A DNA stretch of 64,000 nt from an uncultured Alphaproteobacteria bacterium (GCA_964350495.1 CAYGKG010000004.1:1900-65899); one strand, 5' to 3'; counted from the first letter of the stretch, positions 49,489-62,386 are shown. Notes: generated from the letters alone by a model not told the origin. Program-made: numbers and translations.

Positions 49489-49647
49489 GAGTTCGACGAC
49501 CGCCGGGAAGGTTTGCCGGAGTGGTTTGAAAGCGAAATGTGCACCCACTAGAATGCCCCATCGTCGCCATATTTTGGCAAGATTATATCTATCTTGGCGT
49601 GTTGCCTTAAAGTGCCGCGTTAAGAATAGCGGGCGAGGCTGAACCGG

Positions 49648-49788
49648 ATGTCCATGGCGTCAAAACTGACAATTCTTCTGATCGTCGCGTTGGTGGCCGG
49701 CGGGACAGTCTTCTTGGCCACCTGGGATATTCCGGCACCAACCAAGCAGGTTGAAAAAGTCCTGCCCGACAACCGGTTTCCTCGGTAG
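49648..49788 (+). CDS. Candidate small membrane protein (46 aa, single TM)
   Basis: An ORF absent from the 60-aa track: MSMASKLTILLIVALVAGGTVFLATWDIPAPTKQVEKVLPDNRFPR. GAGG lies 9 nt upstream. Its stop is 5 nt before the next gene's ATG. Confidence 0.4.
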   Translation: MSMASKLTILLIVALVAGGTVFLATWDIPAPTKQVEKVLPDNRFPR

Positions 49789-49793
49789 ACGAT

Positions 49794-51578
49794 ATGGAAT
49801 ATTTGGGCCTGCGCCGCAGAGTTTTGTTGTTCGCGGCAGTTATTGTGGTGGCCTGGAGTGGGGTGTCTGCGTGGGCGCAACAAGCCGCAGAGGGACCAAT
49901 TCGACTTCTGCCAGCCGAACAAGTTGTGCCGACCTCTCCCCAAGCAGTGCCGGCGCAAAATCAACCGGCGTCGGGCGATCAAGGAATAGCCGTTGTCGCA
50001 CTTGAACAATTCGACCCGTCGTCGGTCGGCGTGTTGTCCCCGGAAACTGGGGGGTTCGGCGTTACTCTTTGGTCCGGCTCGCGCCGTGAACAGATCGAAG
50101 GTCTGCTGCCGCGTATTCCGGCGCTGACGCCGTCCCGAGTCGCCCAATCTCTTCGTCGCCGGCTCCTGCTGACCGCCGCACAGGTTCCGTCAGGCGCTCC
50201 CACGGTGCCAAGTTTCCTCGGTCTGCGGGTCGAGCGCCTGGCCGCAGCAGGCGATTATCCGTCGGCGACCGCGTTAGCGGCGCTTGCGCCGCCACAAATG
50301 GAGGATCCGGCCCTCGATATTGCGCGCGCCGAGGGGGCACTTCTAAACGGCAACCACCAAGCGGCCTGCGAGGTCATCGACCGTTCGCTCGCGCTCGGTC
50401 GTCGCTCGCCCTACTGGGCGAGGCGCCTGGTTTTTTGCCGTGTCCTCGATGGCGACGTGGAGCGCGCCCGGCTTACCGCAGCGATCCTGCGCGAATTGCC
50501 CGGCGACCCTGACCCGCTTTTCGACCAGCTGCTCGCAATCTTGGTGGATGGGCGCGACGTCGCGGTTGAAGCGGCTGAGGACATGACCCCTCTCCACTTC
50601 GCGATGATCAGGGCCGCGCGCCGGACCATTCCAGATAGCGCGGCGAACAGCGACAGTCCCGCGATCTTGCGGGCGATTGCGACATCGGCAAACGCTTCGA
50701 TCGAGGCGCGCCTCATGGCCGGCGAGTCCGCTGAGATTGCGGGCGCCCTGCCGGCGGAATCCCTTGGCCAAATCTATGCGAGTTTGGCCTTCAGCGACGA
50801 TCAACGGGCCAACGTCCTGACTGCAGCGCTGGAACTGCCGCGTCGATTGGCGAATGCGCTGCTGTTTCAGTCGGCGGTCGGGGAAGACATTCCCGCGGCA
50901 CAGGCCGAGGCCCTGCAAACCGCGCTCAGACTGGCGAATGCACGGACGCATGGGATGGTTTCCCGCGTCAACGCGGATCGCCTCGTGGCCCTGGCGCCCG
51001 ATCCCGACCTTGTGTGGTTCGCCGCGGACGCGGGCCTCGCTCTGCTGCATGCCGGCGCGGTCGACGCTGCGCGCGGCTGGTTTGACCTTGCGCGGTTGCT
51101 CGTTTCCGAGACTCAGGCCGACGCCGCCGTTGCGGTCTTGAAACTATGGCCGCCGTTGATGGTTGTCCCGCTCGCCGATCCGCTGCCCTGGGCACCGGAT
51201 GCTTTGACGGCTTGGTGGAGCGGGATTGCCGCGCTCGACGGGAACCAAGTGCAGGAGCTTGGCGGTCCCGTACTTTCGATGTTCGACGCCGTTGGCTTGG
51301 TGGTTCCCGAACCCGTTTGGGAGCAGTTTACACAGATGGCGGGCCCGGTTCTGGCGCAACGCCCCTCGGTCGGCGTCTTACGGGGACTGCGTGTTGCCGC
51401 CCAAGGCGGTCGCGTCGGTGAAACGGTTCTGTTCGCCTTGGTTGCTTTGGGCGATCGGCATCCGGCCGAGGTCGATTCGGCCGTCCTTGCGGACATCGTC
51501 GCCGCATTGTTGGTCGTCGGTTTGAAACAGGATGCGCAGGCTTTGGCGCTTGAAGCGCTGGTGGGCCGGAGCCTTTGA
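49794..51578 (+). CDS. Large secreted/periplasmic helical-repeat protein of unknown function
   Basis: Signal peptide (LLFAAVIVVAWSGVSAWAQQ). Ala/Leu-rich helical composition. Its stop overlaps the xerD ATG (TGATG). Confidence 0.6.
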   Translation: MEYLGLRRRVLLFAAVIVVAWSGVSAWAQQAAEGPIRLLPAEQVVPTSPQAVPAQNQPASGDQGIAVVALEQFDPSSVGVLSPETGGFGVTLWSGSRREQIEGLLPRIPALTPSRVAQSLRRRLLLTAAQVPSGAPTVPSFLGLRVERLAAAGDYPSATALAALAPPQMEDPALDIARAEGALLNGNHQAACEVIDRSLALGRRSPYWARRLVFCRVLDGDVERARLTAAILRELPGDPDPLFDQLLAILVDGRDVAVEAAEDMTPLHFAMIRAARRTIPDSAANSDSPAILRAIATSANASIEARLMAGESAEIAGALPAESLGQIYASLAFSDDQRANVLTAALELPRRLANALLFQSAVGEDIPAAQAEALQTALRLANARTHGMVSRVNADRLVALAPDPDLVWFAADAGLALLHAGAVDAARGWFDLARLLVSETQADAAVAVLKLWPPLMVVPLADPLPWAPDALTAWWSGIAALDGNQVQELGGPVLSMFDAVGLVVPEPVWEQFTQMAGPVLAQRPSVGVLRGLRVAAQGGRVGETVLFALVALGDRHPAEVDSAVLADIVAALLVVGLKQDAQALALEALVGRSL

Positions 51579-52510
51579 TGGCGCTCGGCGTCCAGACCGA
51601 GACTCTGATCGAACGGTTTCTCGAGATGATCTCGGCCGAACGCGGGGCCTCCCCGCGAACTCTGTCGGCCTACGGCAAGGATCTGACCCATTTTGCCGGC
51701 TATCTCGGAGGCGAGAAAGTCGATGCGGCTAGGTGTGACGGCGCGCTGTTGCGGCGGTACGTCGCGGCCTTGGGTGCGCGCGGTCTGGCACCATCGACGA
51801 TTTCTAGAAAAATCTCGACGCTGCGTCAGTTTTTCAAGTTCCTGGTCATCGACGGCGTGCGTGCCAGCGACCCTAGTCGGCTCCTTGATGCGCCGCGTAG
51901 AGGGCGGTCGCTACCGCGGGTATTGGCCGCGGCAGAAGTGGAATCGTTGCTGATCCAAGTTCGTCAAATGGCGGGCGCCGAGGGCGTAAGAGCCACGGCG
52001 CTGCTGGAATTGTTATACGCCTCCGGCCTCCGGGTGAGTGAGTTGGTCGGCCTTCCCCTTGCCAATCTCGACTTGGATGCCGGCATGATTCTCGTTCGGG
52101 GAAAGGGCGGTCGGGAACGATATGTTCCGGTCGGTGGCTCGGCTCTAGCCGCGCTGCGGGCCTACCTCGGTCGTCGTAAGGAGTTTTTGCCTGCGGAGAG
52201 GGAATCGTCCTGGTTGTTTCCTTCCCGCGCCAGTCACGGTCACCTGAGCCGGCAACGGTTCGCACAAATCCTCGATGACCTCGCGGTAAGCGCGGATATC
52301 GATCCGCGGCGCGTTTCGCCGCACGTGTTGCGCCACGCCTTTGCGTCCCATTTGCTCGCGAACGGCGCAGATTTGCGTTCAGTTCAGCAGATGCTTGGAC
52401 ACGCCGACATTTCTACGACACAAATCTACACTCATGTCCTCGAAGAGCGTCTCCGACAGACGGTGGTGGCCCATCACCCGCTGTCTAAAGGCGCGGAGAC
52501 GGTACGCTGA
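51575..52510 (+). CDS. xerD: Site-specific tyrosine recombinase XerD
   Basis: N-terminal SAM-like domain and C-terminal catalytic residues (RHAFASHLL...HTQIYTHV, with Tyr in IYTHV). Confidence 0.9.
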   Translation: MMALGVQTETLIERFLEMISAERGASPRTLSAYGKDLTHFAGYLGGEKVDAARCDGALLRRYVAALGARGLAPSTISRKISTLRQFFKFLVIDGVRASDPSRLLDAPRRGRSLPRVLAAAEVESLLIQVRQMAGAEGVRATALLELLYASGLRVSELVGLPLANLDLDAGMILVRGKGGRERYVPVGGSALAALRAYLGRRKEFLPAERESSWLFPSRASHGHLSRQRFAQILDDLAVSADIDPRRVSPHVLRHAFASHLLANGADLRSVQQMLGHADISTTQIYTHVLEERLRQTVVAHHPLSKGAETVR

Positions 52511-53458
52511 ATGAATACCTTCCTGGATTTCGAAAAGCCGGTCGCCGAGCTTGAAGGCAAGATCAAAGAATTGCGCCATACCGCAGATGGCGGAGATGTG
52601 AATATTTCGGACGAGCTGGGCAAGCTCGAGGCCAAAGTCGACCAAGTTCTCAAGCAGATCTATGGAAAGCTCACACCTTGGCAGAAGATTCAGGTCGCTC
52701 GCCATCCCGATAGGCCGCACTTCTCTCACTATGTCGAGACGTTGTTCGACGACTTCGTTGAACTGAGCGGCGACCGGGCCTACGGCAACGATGCGGCCCT
52801 GGTCGGCGGAATCGCTCGGTTTCGTGGTCGCTCGGTTTTCATCGTCGGTCATGAAAAGGGGAGCGGGACGGACGGGCGTGTGCGCCACAATTTTGGGATG
52901 GCGCATCCGGAAGGGTATCGAAAGGCCATTCGCCTGATGAATATGGCCAACCACTACAATTTGCCGCTGCTCACGTTCGTCGATACGCCCGGCGCTTATC
53001 CCGGCGTTGAGGCCGAAGAGCGCGGCCAGTCGGAGGCGATCGCTCGGGCGATCGAGGCGAGCCTTCGTCTCGAAGTCCCGTTTATTGCGTCCATCGTCGG
53101 CGAGGGCGGCTCTGGCGGCGCGGTCGCTCTAGCGACGGCGGACCGTGTCTTGATGCTCGAGCATGCGGTCTATTCGGTGATCTCGCCCGAGGGTTGTGCA
53201 TCGATCCTGTGGCGCAGTGCGGCAAGGGCGCAGGATGCCGCGGACGCCTTGAAGTTGACCGCCGAGGACCTTCTGGCCCTTAACGTGATTGACCGTGTGG
53301 TGCCAGAACCATTAGGCGCTGCGCACCGCCAACCGACCGCGGCCATCCGGGCGCTTGGCGATGAAATCGAGAAGACTCTCGTGCGACTTATTGCCGAGCA
53401 ATCCGGCTCTCGGCGCATTCGCCGCCGCGAAAAATTCCTAGCGATGGGGCAGGTCTGA
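52511..53458 (+). CDS. accA: Acetyl-CoA carboxylase carboxyltransferase alpha subunit
   Basis: MNTFLDFEKPVAELEGKIKELR...RPHFSHYVETLFDDFVELSGDRAYG...FIVGHEKG...FVDTPGAYPGVEAEERGQ is canonical AccA. Confidence 0.92.
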   Translation: MNTFLDFEKPVAELEGKIKELRHTADGGDVNISDELGKLEAKVDQVLKQIYGKLTPWQKIQVARHPDRPHFSHYVETLFDDFVELSGDRAYGNDAALVGGIARFRGRSVFIVGHEKGSGTDGRVRHNFGMAHPEGYRKAIRLMNMANHYNLPLLTFVDTPGAYPGVEAEERGQSEAIARAIEASLRLEVPFIASIVGEGGSGGAVALATADRVLMLEHAVYSVISPEGCASILWRSAARAQDAADALKLTAEDLLALNVIDRVVPEPLGAAHRQPTAAIRALGDEIEKTLVRLIAEQSGSRRIRRREKFLAMGQV

Positions 53459-53472
53459 CAGACCGGTGCGCG

Positions 53473-56199
<2,727 letters not shown>

Positions 56200-56431
56200 C
56201 TAGATTCCTCACTATTGCTGTAGGTGCAGGGCAGGCCCGAAGGGCGCATCAATACGAGAAATAAGGACCGCCAATCCGTCTGTCAACGGACGCTGTGACA
56301 TCGTGACCGGTGCGTTCCTGTCAATCGAACGTGAAGGGAAAGGTCTGAAAAAAATGGCGGTATATTGGCTTGTCACCATGTTACAACCGCCCTCCGCGCT
56401 TTGTGTCACTCGCCCAAGAAGGGACTTGCCG

Positions 56432-57271
56432 ATGCTTTCCAACGCTGCCCGGTTATCCGGAGCACTCGCCGTGGCCGTCTTTCTTGGGGCGAATTCTCTC
56501 GCTGTGGCGCAGGAAAGCCAGCAGGATCCGATCCGTGCGACCGTCGCCGGCGAAGAAATTCGTCAATCGGATGTCGATGCCTTCATCGCCCAATTGCCCG
56601 AACAGGTTCAGTCCGCGCCGCGCGAACAAATCGATCCGCTGGTTGTCAACGAACTGGTCAATACTCGTTTAGTTGTCGCCCTCGCGCGGGCGGCCGGAAC
56701 CGAGCAGGACGCCGAGTACAAGCGTCAAGCCGAGGTCGCGGCCCTACGGATCTTGCAAAACGTCTATTTGAGCCGCCAGATCGAAAGCGGGCTCACGGAA
56801 GATCGGTTGAAGAAGCTCTACGACGAGTTCGTCGCGGACAACCCGCCGGCCGAGCAAATTCGCGCGAGCCACATACTTGTGGAAACGAAGGAAACCGCAC
56901 AGGCGATTACATCCGAGGTGCGCGGCGGTGCCGATTTCGCCGAGGTCGCGCGGCGGGAGTCCACCGGGCCGTCGGCCAGTGCGGGGGGCGATCTCGGCTA
57001 CTTTGAAAAGGGTCAGATGGTCCCGACGTTTTCGGAAGCAGCCTTTGCGTTGGAAATCGGCGAAGTTTCGGAACCGGTCCAGACGCAGTTCGGCTGGCAT
57101 GTCATCAGATTAACGGACCGCCGTCAGGCGCCGCCACCGTCGCTTGATGAGGTTCGCGACGAACTGACCCAGCAATTGACGAATGTGATCGTGCAAGAGG
57201 TCCTTACCGAGGCACGAAAGGGCGTTACCGTCGAGTTGTTTGACGCTCAGGGAAATCGCGTCGAGAACTAG
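56432..57271 (+). CDS. Periplasmic parvulin-type peptidyl-prolyl cis-trans isomerase (SurA-like)
   Basis: Signal peptide MLSNAARLSGALAVAVFLGANSLAVAQ. Parvulin domain (IRASHILVETKE...GGDLGYFEKGQMVPTFSEAAF...FGWHVIR). Confidence 0.8.
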   Translation: MLSNAARLSGALAVAVFLGANSLAVAQESQQDPIRATVAGEEIRQSDVDAFIAQLPEQVQSAPREQIDPLVVNELVNTRLVVALARAAGTEQDAEYKRQAEVAALRILQNVYLSRQIESGLTEDRLKKLYDEFVADNPPAEQIRASHILVETKETAQAITSEVRGGADFAEVARRESTGPSASAGGDLGYFEKGQMVPTFSEAAFALEIGEVSEPVQTQFGWHVIRLTDRRQAPPPSLDEVRDELTQQLTNVIVQEVLTEARKGVTVELFDAQGNRVEN

Positions 57272-57313
57272 GGCCATTGCCGGGACGGCGCCGTCCCGGC
57301 ATTCTAGCGCAAT

Positions 57314-58552
57314 ATGGCACGACAGCTGACAAGATCACCTCTTGCGCCGGCCTCCTTTCCGGACTTGCCGCCGATTACCGGCGTCCGATTGTCGACGATT
57401 ACCGCTGGCATCAAATACGATCGGGCCGATGTGCTCCTGGCCGAAATGTCGGAAGGGACCACCGCTGCCGGCGTTTTGACGCGGTCTCGTACGGCGTCCG
57501 CGCCCGTATTGTGGTGCCGCGACATCCTCCAGAGCGGCACCGCCCGCGGACTCTTGGTCAATTCGGGGAACTCCAACGCGTTCACCGGTTATGAAGGAAT
57601 TCGGGCCGTGGCTGCGACAACCGCCGCCGTGGCCCGCGCGCTTGGCTGTAGGGCCGATCAGGTTTTTGTCAGTTCAACTGGCGTTATTGGCGAGAAGCTG
57701 CCAACCGATAAGATCCTCGGGGTTATTGAGACGCTGAAGCGGGGCCTGGGCGAGGGCAACTGGCGCGCCGCAGCGGAGGCAATCCGAACCACGGATACTT
57801 TCCCGAAGCTCGCAACGCGCCCGTTCAAGATTGGGGACACGCTGTACCAGCTGAACGGCATCGCCAAGGGGTCTGGGATGATCGCGCCGGACATGGCGAC
57901 AATGCTGGCCTATGTCTTCACCGACGCAACCATTCCCCATGACGTGTTGCAGGCCGAATTGGCGCGCGCCAATGAACGTTCCTTCAACGCAATCACGGTC
58001 GATGGCGACACCTCGACCAGCGATACGACGCTGCTCTTTGCCACCGGCGCAGGCCCCCGGCACGAACCCATTTCGAATGCCAAGAGCCCGCTTTTAAGGG
58101 GTTTCAGGCGCGCGCTCACCGATCTGACCAAGGATCTTGCCCACCAGATCGTGCGCGACGGCGAAGGGGCGACGAAGTTCGTTGAGATCCAAGTTTCGGG
58201 CGCGAAATCTAAGCGAGCGGCGAAGCGTATCGGGATGTCTATTGCCAACTCGCCGTTGGTCAAGACGGCCATTGCCGGCGAAGATCCGAACTGGGGCAGA
58301 GTGGTGATGGCGGTTGGCAAGGCCGGGGAAGAAGCCGATCGCGATCGGCTTCGAATCGCCTTTGGCGACCACATTGTCGCCGAAAACGGCGTTGTCGTCG
58401 CGGGCTATCAGGAATCGGTCGTCGCAAGCTATATGAAGAATCCGCTAATCGAGGTCAAAGTCGATGTCGGCGTGGGCCGGTCGGCGTTCACCGTTTGGAC
58501 GTGCGATTTCACCGAAGGCTATATCCGAATCAATGCGGACTATCGTTCCTAG
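57314..58552 (+). CDS. argJ: Bifunctional glutamate N-acetyltransferase/amino-acid acetyltransferase
   Basis: Autoprocessing site ATML (PDMATMLAYVFTDA) and overall ArgJ motifs. Confidence 0.9.
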   Translation: MARQLTRSPLAPASFPDLPPITGVRLSTITAGIKYDRADVLLAEMSEGTTAAGVLTRSRTASAPVLWCRDILQSGTARGLLVNSGNSNAFTGYEGIRAVAATTAAVARALGCRADQVFVSSTGVIGEKLPTDKILGVIETLKRGLGEGNWRAAAEAIRTTDTFPKLATRPFKIGDTLYQLNGIAKGSGMIAPDMATMLAYVFTDATIPHDVLQAELARANERSFNAITVDGDTSTSDTTLLFATGAGPRHEPISNAKSPLLRGFRRALTDLTKDLAHQIVRDGEGATKFVEIQVSGAKSKRAAKRIGMSIANSPLVKTAIAGEDPNWGRVVMAVGKAGEEADRDRLRIAFGDHIVAENGVVVAGYQESVVASYMKNPLIEVKVDVGVGRSAFTVWTCDFTEGYIRINADYRS

Positions 58553-58578
58553 TCGACGCGCGTGGCTTTCGCAGTGCG

Positions 58579-59121
58579 ATGAACGTCCATAATTCGATCG
58601 TGCAACCCCTAGAAACACTGCGGCTCCACCTTCGTCCCTTTGCTGCGACCGACAGAAATCCGCTCGTGGCGCAGTTGACCGACCCGCTGGTGTCAAAGCA
58701 GCTTGCCTTCGTCCCGCATCCCTATGATGCGACCCACGCAGAGGCTTGGATAAAGGACTGCGCGCGCAACCCGCCGGGGAAGATTGTCGGATGCAGGTTT
58801 GCGATCGAGCGTCGCGAGGACGGCGCGTTTATCGGTGGGCTCGGCTTGATGCCCCACGAACGAGCCTTCGAACTTGGATACTGGCTCGATCGCCGGTGCT
58901 GGGGCCAGGGATTCGCCACCGAAGCGGTCGGCGCTGCGTTAGAGTTCGGTGTGGCCGCCCTTGGCATGCAGCGGATCGTCGCCTTCGTGTTCATGGGCAA
59001 CCCGGCCTCGACGCGCGTCTTGGCCCGCCTCGGCTTCGTCTATCAGGGCCTTGAGAACTCTGCGACAACCGGCGGGTCGAGCCGAAAAGTCTTGCGCTAC
59101 GATCTCAACCGTACCGCATGA
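58579..59121 (+). CDS. GNAT-family N-acetyltransferase (RimJ/RimL-like)
   Basis: Acetyl-CoA-binding motif A (RRCWGQGFATEAVGAALEFG). Start is taken at MNVHNSIV. Confidence 0.7.
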   Translation: MNVHNSIVQPLETLRLHLRPFAATDRNPLVAQLTDPLVSKQLAFVPHPYDATHAEAWIKDCARNPPGKIVGCRFAIERREDGAFIGGLGLMPHERAFELGYWLDRRCWGQGFATEAVGAALEFGVAALGMQRIVAFVFMGNPASTRVLARLGFVYQGLENSATTGGSSRKVLRYDLNRTA

Positions 59122-59537
59122 GTGCCGCCCCCATCGACGTTCCGACGGTTCTCGTCGTCGCAGTCGCGCTTCTCGATGGCGATGACCGTGTCCTCATCGC
59201 GCAACGCCCGCCGGGTAAATCCATGGCGGGCCTGTGGGAATTTCCGGGCGGCAAGATTGCTGCCGGCGAAACGCCGGAAGTCGCGCTGATTCGTGAGCTG
59301 CGGGAGGAACTCGGCATCGATACGGAGGAGAGCTGCCTCGCGCCGTTTTGTTTCGCTTCGCATCGTTACGAGACCTTTCACCTCCTCATGCCGCTCTACA
59401 TATGTCGCGTCTGGGTGGGGCACGCGCACGGGCGCGAGGGGCAGAACCTGCGATGGGTGAATGTCAACGATCTGTCGGCGGTTGAAATGCCGCCGGCCGA
59501 TGTTCCCCTCGTCGCGATGTTGCGGGACTACCTCTGA
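59118..59537 (+). CDS. mutT: NUDIX hydrolase (8-oxo-dGTP diphosphatase MutT-like)
   Basis: NUDIX box GLWEFPGGKIAAGETPEVALIRELREELGI. Confidence 0.85.
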   Translation: MSAAPIDVPTVLVVAVALLDGDDRVLIAQRPPGKSMAGLWEFPGGKIAAGETPEVALIRELREELGIDTEESCLAPFCFASHRYETFHLLMPLYICRVWVGHAHGREGQNLRWVNVNDLSAVEMPPADVPLVAMLRDYL

Positions 59538-60445
59538 ACCTTTGGCGATGCCCGTTCGCCGGTCGGCCGTTCCTCGGTATCCAGGGCGGTGGCGAGCCGG
59601 GTTCGGGCGCTTCCCGGCCGGAGGGGACGTTGCTGGGATTCATGCGGCGCCCAGCCGGTCAGATAGGTCACATCGAAGGTGGCGGGGATACGGTCGTCAC
59701 GGCCATACTTCTCGGCGTAGAGCGCGGCGGCGCGCAGGAATACCGCCCGGGACGAAAAATGCCTGCGACGTTGGGCAAGGGCGTTGGTTTCCCCCATCCC
59801 GCGCAGGTCGTGCATGAGTGCGAACATGGACGCGTAGGTCACGTCGAGTCGGTCTTTGTCGGCGACGGGCAGGGCAAAGCCAGCGCGTTGCAAGAGGCCG
59901 CCGGCATCGCGAATGTCGGCGAACGGGCTCACCCGCGGGCTCAGGCCGCCTGAAACCTCGATTTCCGCCGTTGCAAGGCAATCCCGCAGCTCATGGAGCG
60001 TCTCGCCGCCGAGAAAGGCCGCGACGAACAATCCGTCCGGTCGCAACGCGCGACGAACCTGGGACAGCATGCCGGGGACGTCGTTGACCCAGTGCAGCGC
60101 CATGACGCTGGTTGCAAGGTCGATGCAGGATTCTGCAAAGGGCAGGAGTTCGGGATCGCTGGCGACCGGCACTCGGCCACCGGTCAGTTCGGTCGACTCC
60201 ACGGCGGTGATGATCGTCTCGATTCTACGCGCTTCGATGACGCCCGCGTCTTCTAGCAAAGTTTCGAACCCGCGATGGCCGCTCAAGTCGAGGGCCAGCG
60301 GAAAGTCGCGCCGAACGTCGAGCAGGCGGTCGGCGAGCCTGTTCCCGATCTCCCGAAAAAGAAACGACCCTTGCGGGGTCAGAGACCGCGACCGCAGGTG
60401 GTTGCGAACGACGGCCTGCCGATCGAAGAGGTATGCGTCACTCAT
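59528..60445 (-). CDS. Class I SAM-dependent methyltransferase
   Basis: Start at MSDAYLFDRQAVVRNHL (60445). Methyltransferase motif (DLATSVMALHWVNDVPGMLSQVRRALRPDGLFVAAFLGG). The 5' part of the 511-aa ORF-track frame overlaps the plus-strand dehydrogenase and is not part of the gene. Confidence 0.7.
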   Translation of the reverse strand: MSDAYLFDRQAVVRNHLRSRSLTPQGSFLFREIGNRLADRLLDVRRDFPLALDLSGHRGFETLLEDAGVIEARRIETIITAVESTELTGGRVPVASDPELLPFAESCIDLATSVMALHWVNDVPGMLSQVRRALRPDGLFVAAFLGGETLHELRDCLATAEIEVSGGLSPRVSPFADIRDAGGLLQRAGFALPVADKDRLDVTYASMFALMHDLRGMGETNALAQRRRHFSSRAVFLRAAALYAEKYGRDDRIPATFDVTYLTGWAPHESQQRPLRPGSARTRLATALDTEERPTGERASPKVQR

Positions 60446-60550
60446 AGTGTTGCTAGGCTGTGCTCGTGGTGGAGGGGTTCCCCGATCGTACCCCACTGCG
60501 CCGGATTTGGTGCTAGAGTGCGCGCCTGTTTTTGCTGAAGGGGCCGGAAA

Positions 60551-61594
60551 ATGAAGGCAGTTGTGATCCATGAGTGTGGGCCGTCGGATGTCCTGACTTA
60601 CGAGGACATCGACACACCCAGAGTGGGACCTGGCGAGGTGCTCATCAATCTCAAGACGGTCGGCCTGAATCACTTCGATTTGGATTTGCGGGGGGATATT
60701 TCCGGCTATGCCGGGCTGAAAATGCCGCACATCCTCGGCGTCGAAGGCGCCGGTGTCGTTGCGGAAATTGGCTCCGGCGTCACGGCGTTTCGCGTTGGCG
60801 ACCGCGTGATGCCCCAACTCACAACATCGTCGGGTCAGTGCAGGCGGGCGATTTGCAACTGCGCGCTTGGGATGGACAACATCTGCATGGACTTCGACAA
60901 GCTCGGCGTCACGCGTTGGGGCACCTACGCCGAGTACGTGAAGGTTTCCGAGCCGAATGTCATTCGAATTCCTGACGGGCTCTCGGACCTGGATGCGGCG
61001 GCGACGCAGGTCGCGATGGCGACCGCGTGGGAACTTGTCGTGACCAAGGGCAAGGTCAAACAAGGTGAAGACGTTGTCGTCAACGCAGCAGGCTCAGGTG
61101 TCGGATCGGCCGCAGTGCAAATCGCCGCCCTCGCCGGCGCCCGGGTCATTGCCACCGCCGGGTCGGACGAAAAGCTGGACCGCGCCCGGCAGCTAGGCGC
61201 CTCCGACGTTATCAACTACACCAACCAAAGCATCGTCGACGAAGTGATGAAGATGACCGATGGCCGCGGGGCCGACGCCGTTATCGAATGCGTAGGCGGC
61301 AACGTTCTCCAGCAGAGTCTCTCCGCTCTCTGTCTCAACGGTCGTCTCTCGACCGCCGGCGCCCACGCCGGCGAGAAGGTCGAGATCGACATGATCGAAT
61401 TCTTTCGCAAGCAACTGACGATGACGTCAACGCACTTTGCTCCCGTTTCGACGAATCAGATGGTCCTCAAGCTTGTCAAGGAGGGCAAGCTGCGCCCGGT
61501 TATCGAGAAGATACTGCCGCTCAGGGAGATGAAGTCCGCGCACGACCTTCTCGCGAGTCGCCGGTTCTTCGGTAAAGTTGTTCTAGAGGTTTAG
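60551..61594 (+). CDS. Zinc-type alcohol dehydrogenase/quinone oxidoreductase (MDR superfamily)
   Basis: GroES-like N-domain (GPGEVLINLKTVGLNHFD) and a Rossmann motif VVNAAGSGVGSAAVQIA. Confidence 0.85.
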   Translation: MKAVVIHECGPSDVLTYEDIDTPRVGPGEVLINLKTVGLNHFDLDLRGDISGYAGLKMPHILGVEGAGVVAEIGSGVTAFRVGDRVMPQLTTSSGQCRRAICNCALGMDNICMDFDKLGVTRWGTYAEYVKVSEPNVIRIPDGLSDLDAAATQVAMATAWELVVTKGKVKQGEDVVVNAAGSGVGSAAVQIAALAGARVIATAGSDEKLDRARQLGASDVINYTNQSIVDEVMKMTDGRGADAVIECVGGNVLQQSLSALCLNGRLSTAGAHAGEKVEIDMIEFFRKQLTMTSTHFAPVSTNQMVLKLVKEGKLRPVIEKILPLREMKSAHDLLASRRFFGKVVLEV

Positions 61595-61648
61595 CGCAGG
61601 CGTCCGCGCACGTCATAAAGCATCTCTGCGCCGTCCATAGCGGCGGGC

Positions 61649-62386
61649 ATGATGAGCGCATTGCCGCGGATTGCGCACCGATCCGTCGGTCGCGCATTGG
61701 ATTTTGTTGCCCCCAATCGCTGTGGCGCCTGTGGCGCCCGCATCCACAGTGCGGGGCTGTGCGGCGCATGCTGGGCCAAGGCGCAGTTCGTGACCGCGCC
61801 CTTCTGCGCGCGTTGCGGCCTTCCCTTTGATTTCGACGCCGGATCGGGTCTGTGGTGTGGCGCCTGCATCGCCCATTCCCCCAGATTTGATCGGGCTAGG
61901 TCGGCGTTGGTCTACGGCGACGTCTCCCGAGACTTGATACTTGCCTTCAAGCACGGCGATCGCCTTGACCTGACGCCGTTGGCGGTGTCGTGGCTACAGA
62001 CTGCCGGGCAGGAGCTTCTCGCCGACGCCGATGTCGTCGTTCCGGTGCCGCTACATCCGCGTCGGTTGCTCCGCCGCCGGTACAATCAATCTTCGGTTCT
62101 TGCGACGCGGTTGGCGGCCGCCAACGGCCTTGGCGTGCTTGTCGGGGCACTGCGGCGCACACGAAATACGCCGCGCCAAGGCGGCCTGGGCCGGCGAGCA
62201 CGGGAGACAAACGTCCGCGGATCGATCGAGGTGCCTGCCTCGGTACGACCGTTCATTGGCGCTCGGCGGGTGCTCTTGATTGACGACGTACTCACTACGG
62301 GGGCGACAGCGGACGTGTGTGCCCGCGCTCTTCTTGGCGCAGGTGCGGCCCACGTCGACGTTCTGACCTTGGCGCGGGTGATCTAG
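61649..62386 (+). CDS. comF: ComF-family protein (double zinc ribbon + phosphoribosyltransferase-type domain)
   Basis: CGACGARIHSAGLCGACWAKAQFVTAPFCARCGLPF is the zinc ribbon. The C-terminal PRTase motif is VLLIDDVLTTGAT. Confidence 0.85.
   Translation: MMSALPRIAHRSVGRALDFVAPNRCGACGARIHSAGLCGACWAKAQFVTAPFCARCGLPFDFDAGSGLWCGACIAHSPRFDRARSALVYGDVSRDLILAFKHGDRLDLTPLAVSWLQTAGQELLADADVVVPVPLHPRRLLRRRYNQSSVLATRLAAANGLGVLVGALRRTRNTPRQGGLGRRARETNVRGSIEVPASVRPFIGARRVLLIDDVLTTGATADVCARALLGAGAAHVDVLTLARVI

Noticed and set aside
59528-61063. A 511-aa minus-strand ORF from the track, spanning mutT's 3' end up to 61063.
   Set aside because: Only the 3' 305 codons, starting at MSDAYLF (60445), carry methyltransferase motifs. 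The upstream 200 codons are antisense to the well-supported plus-strand Zn-dehydrogenase gene and are an open-frame artefact of high GC.
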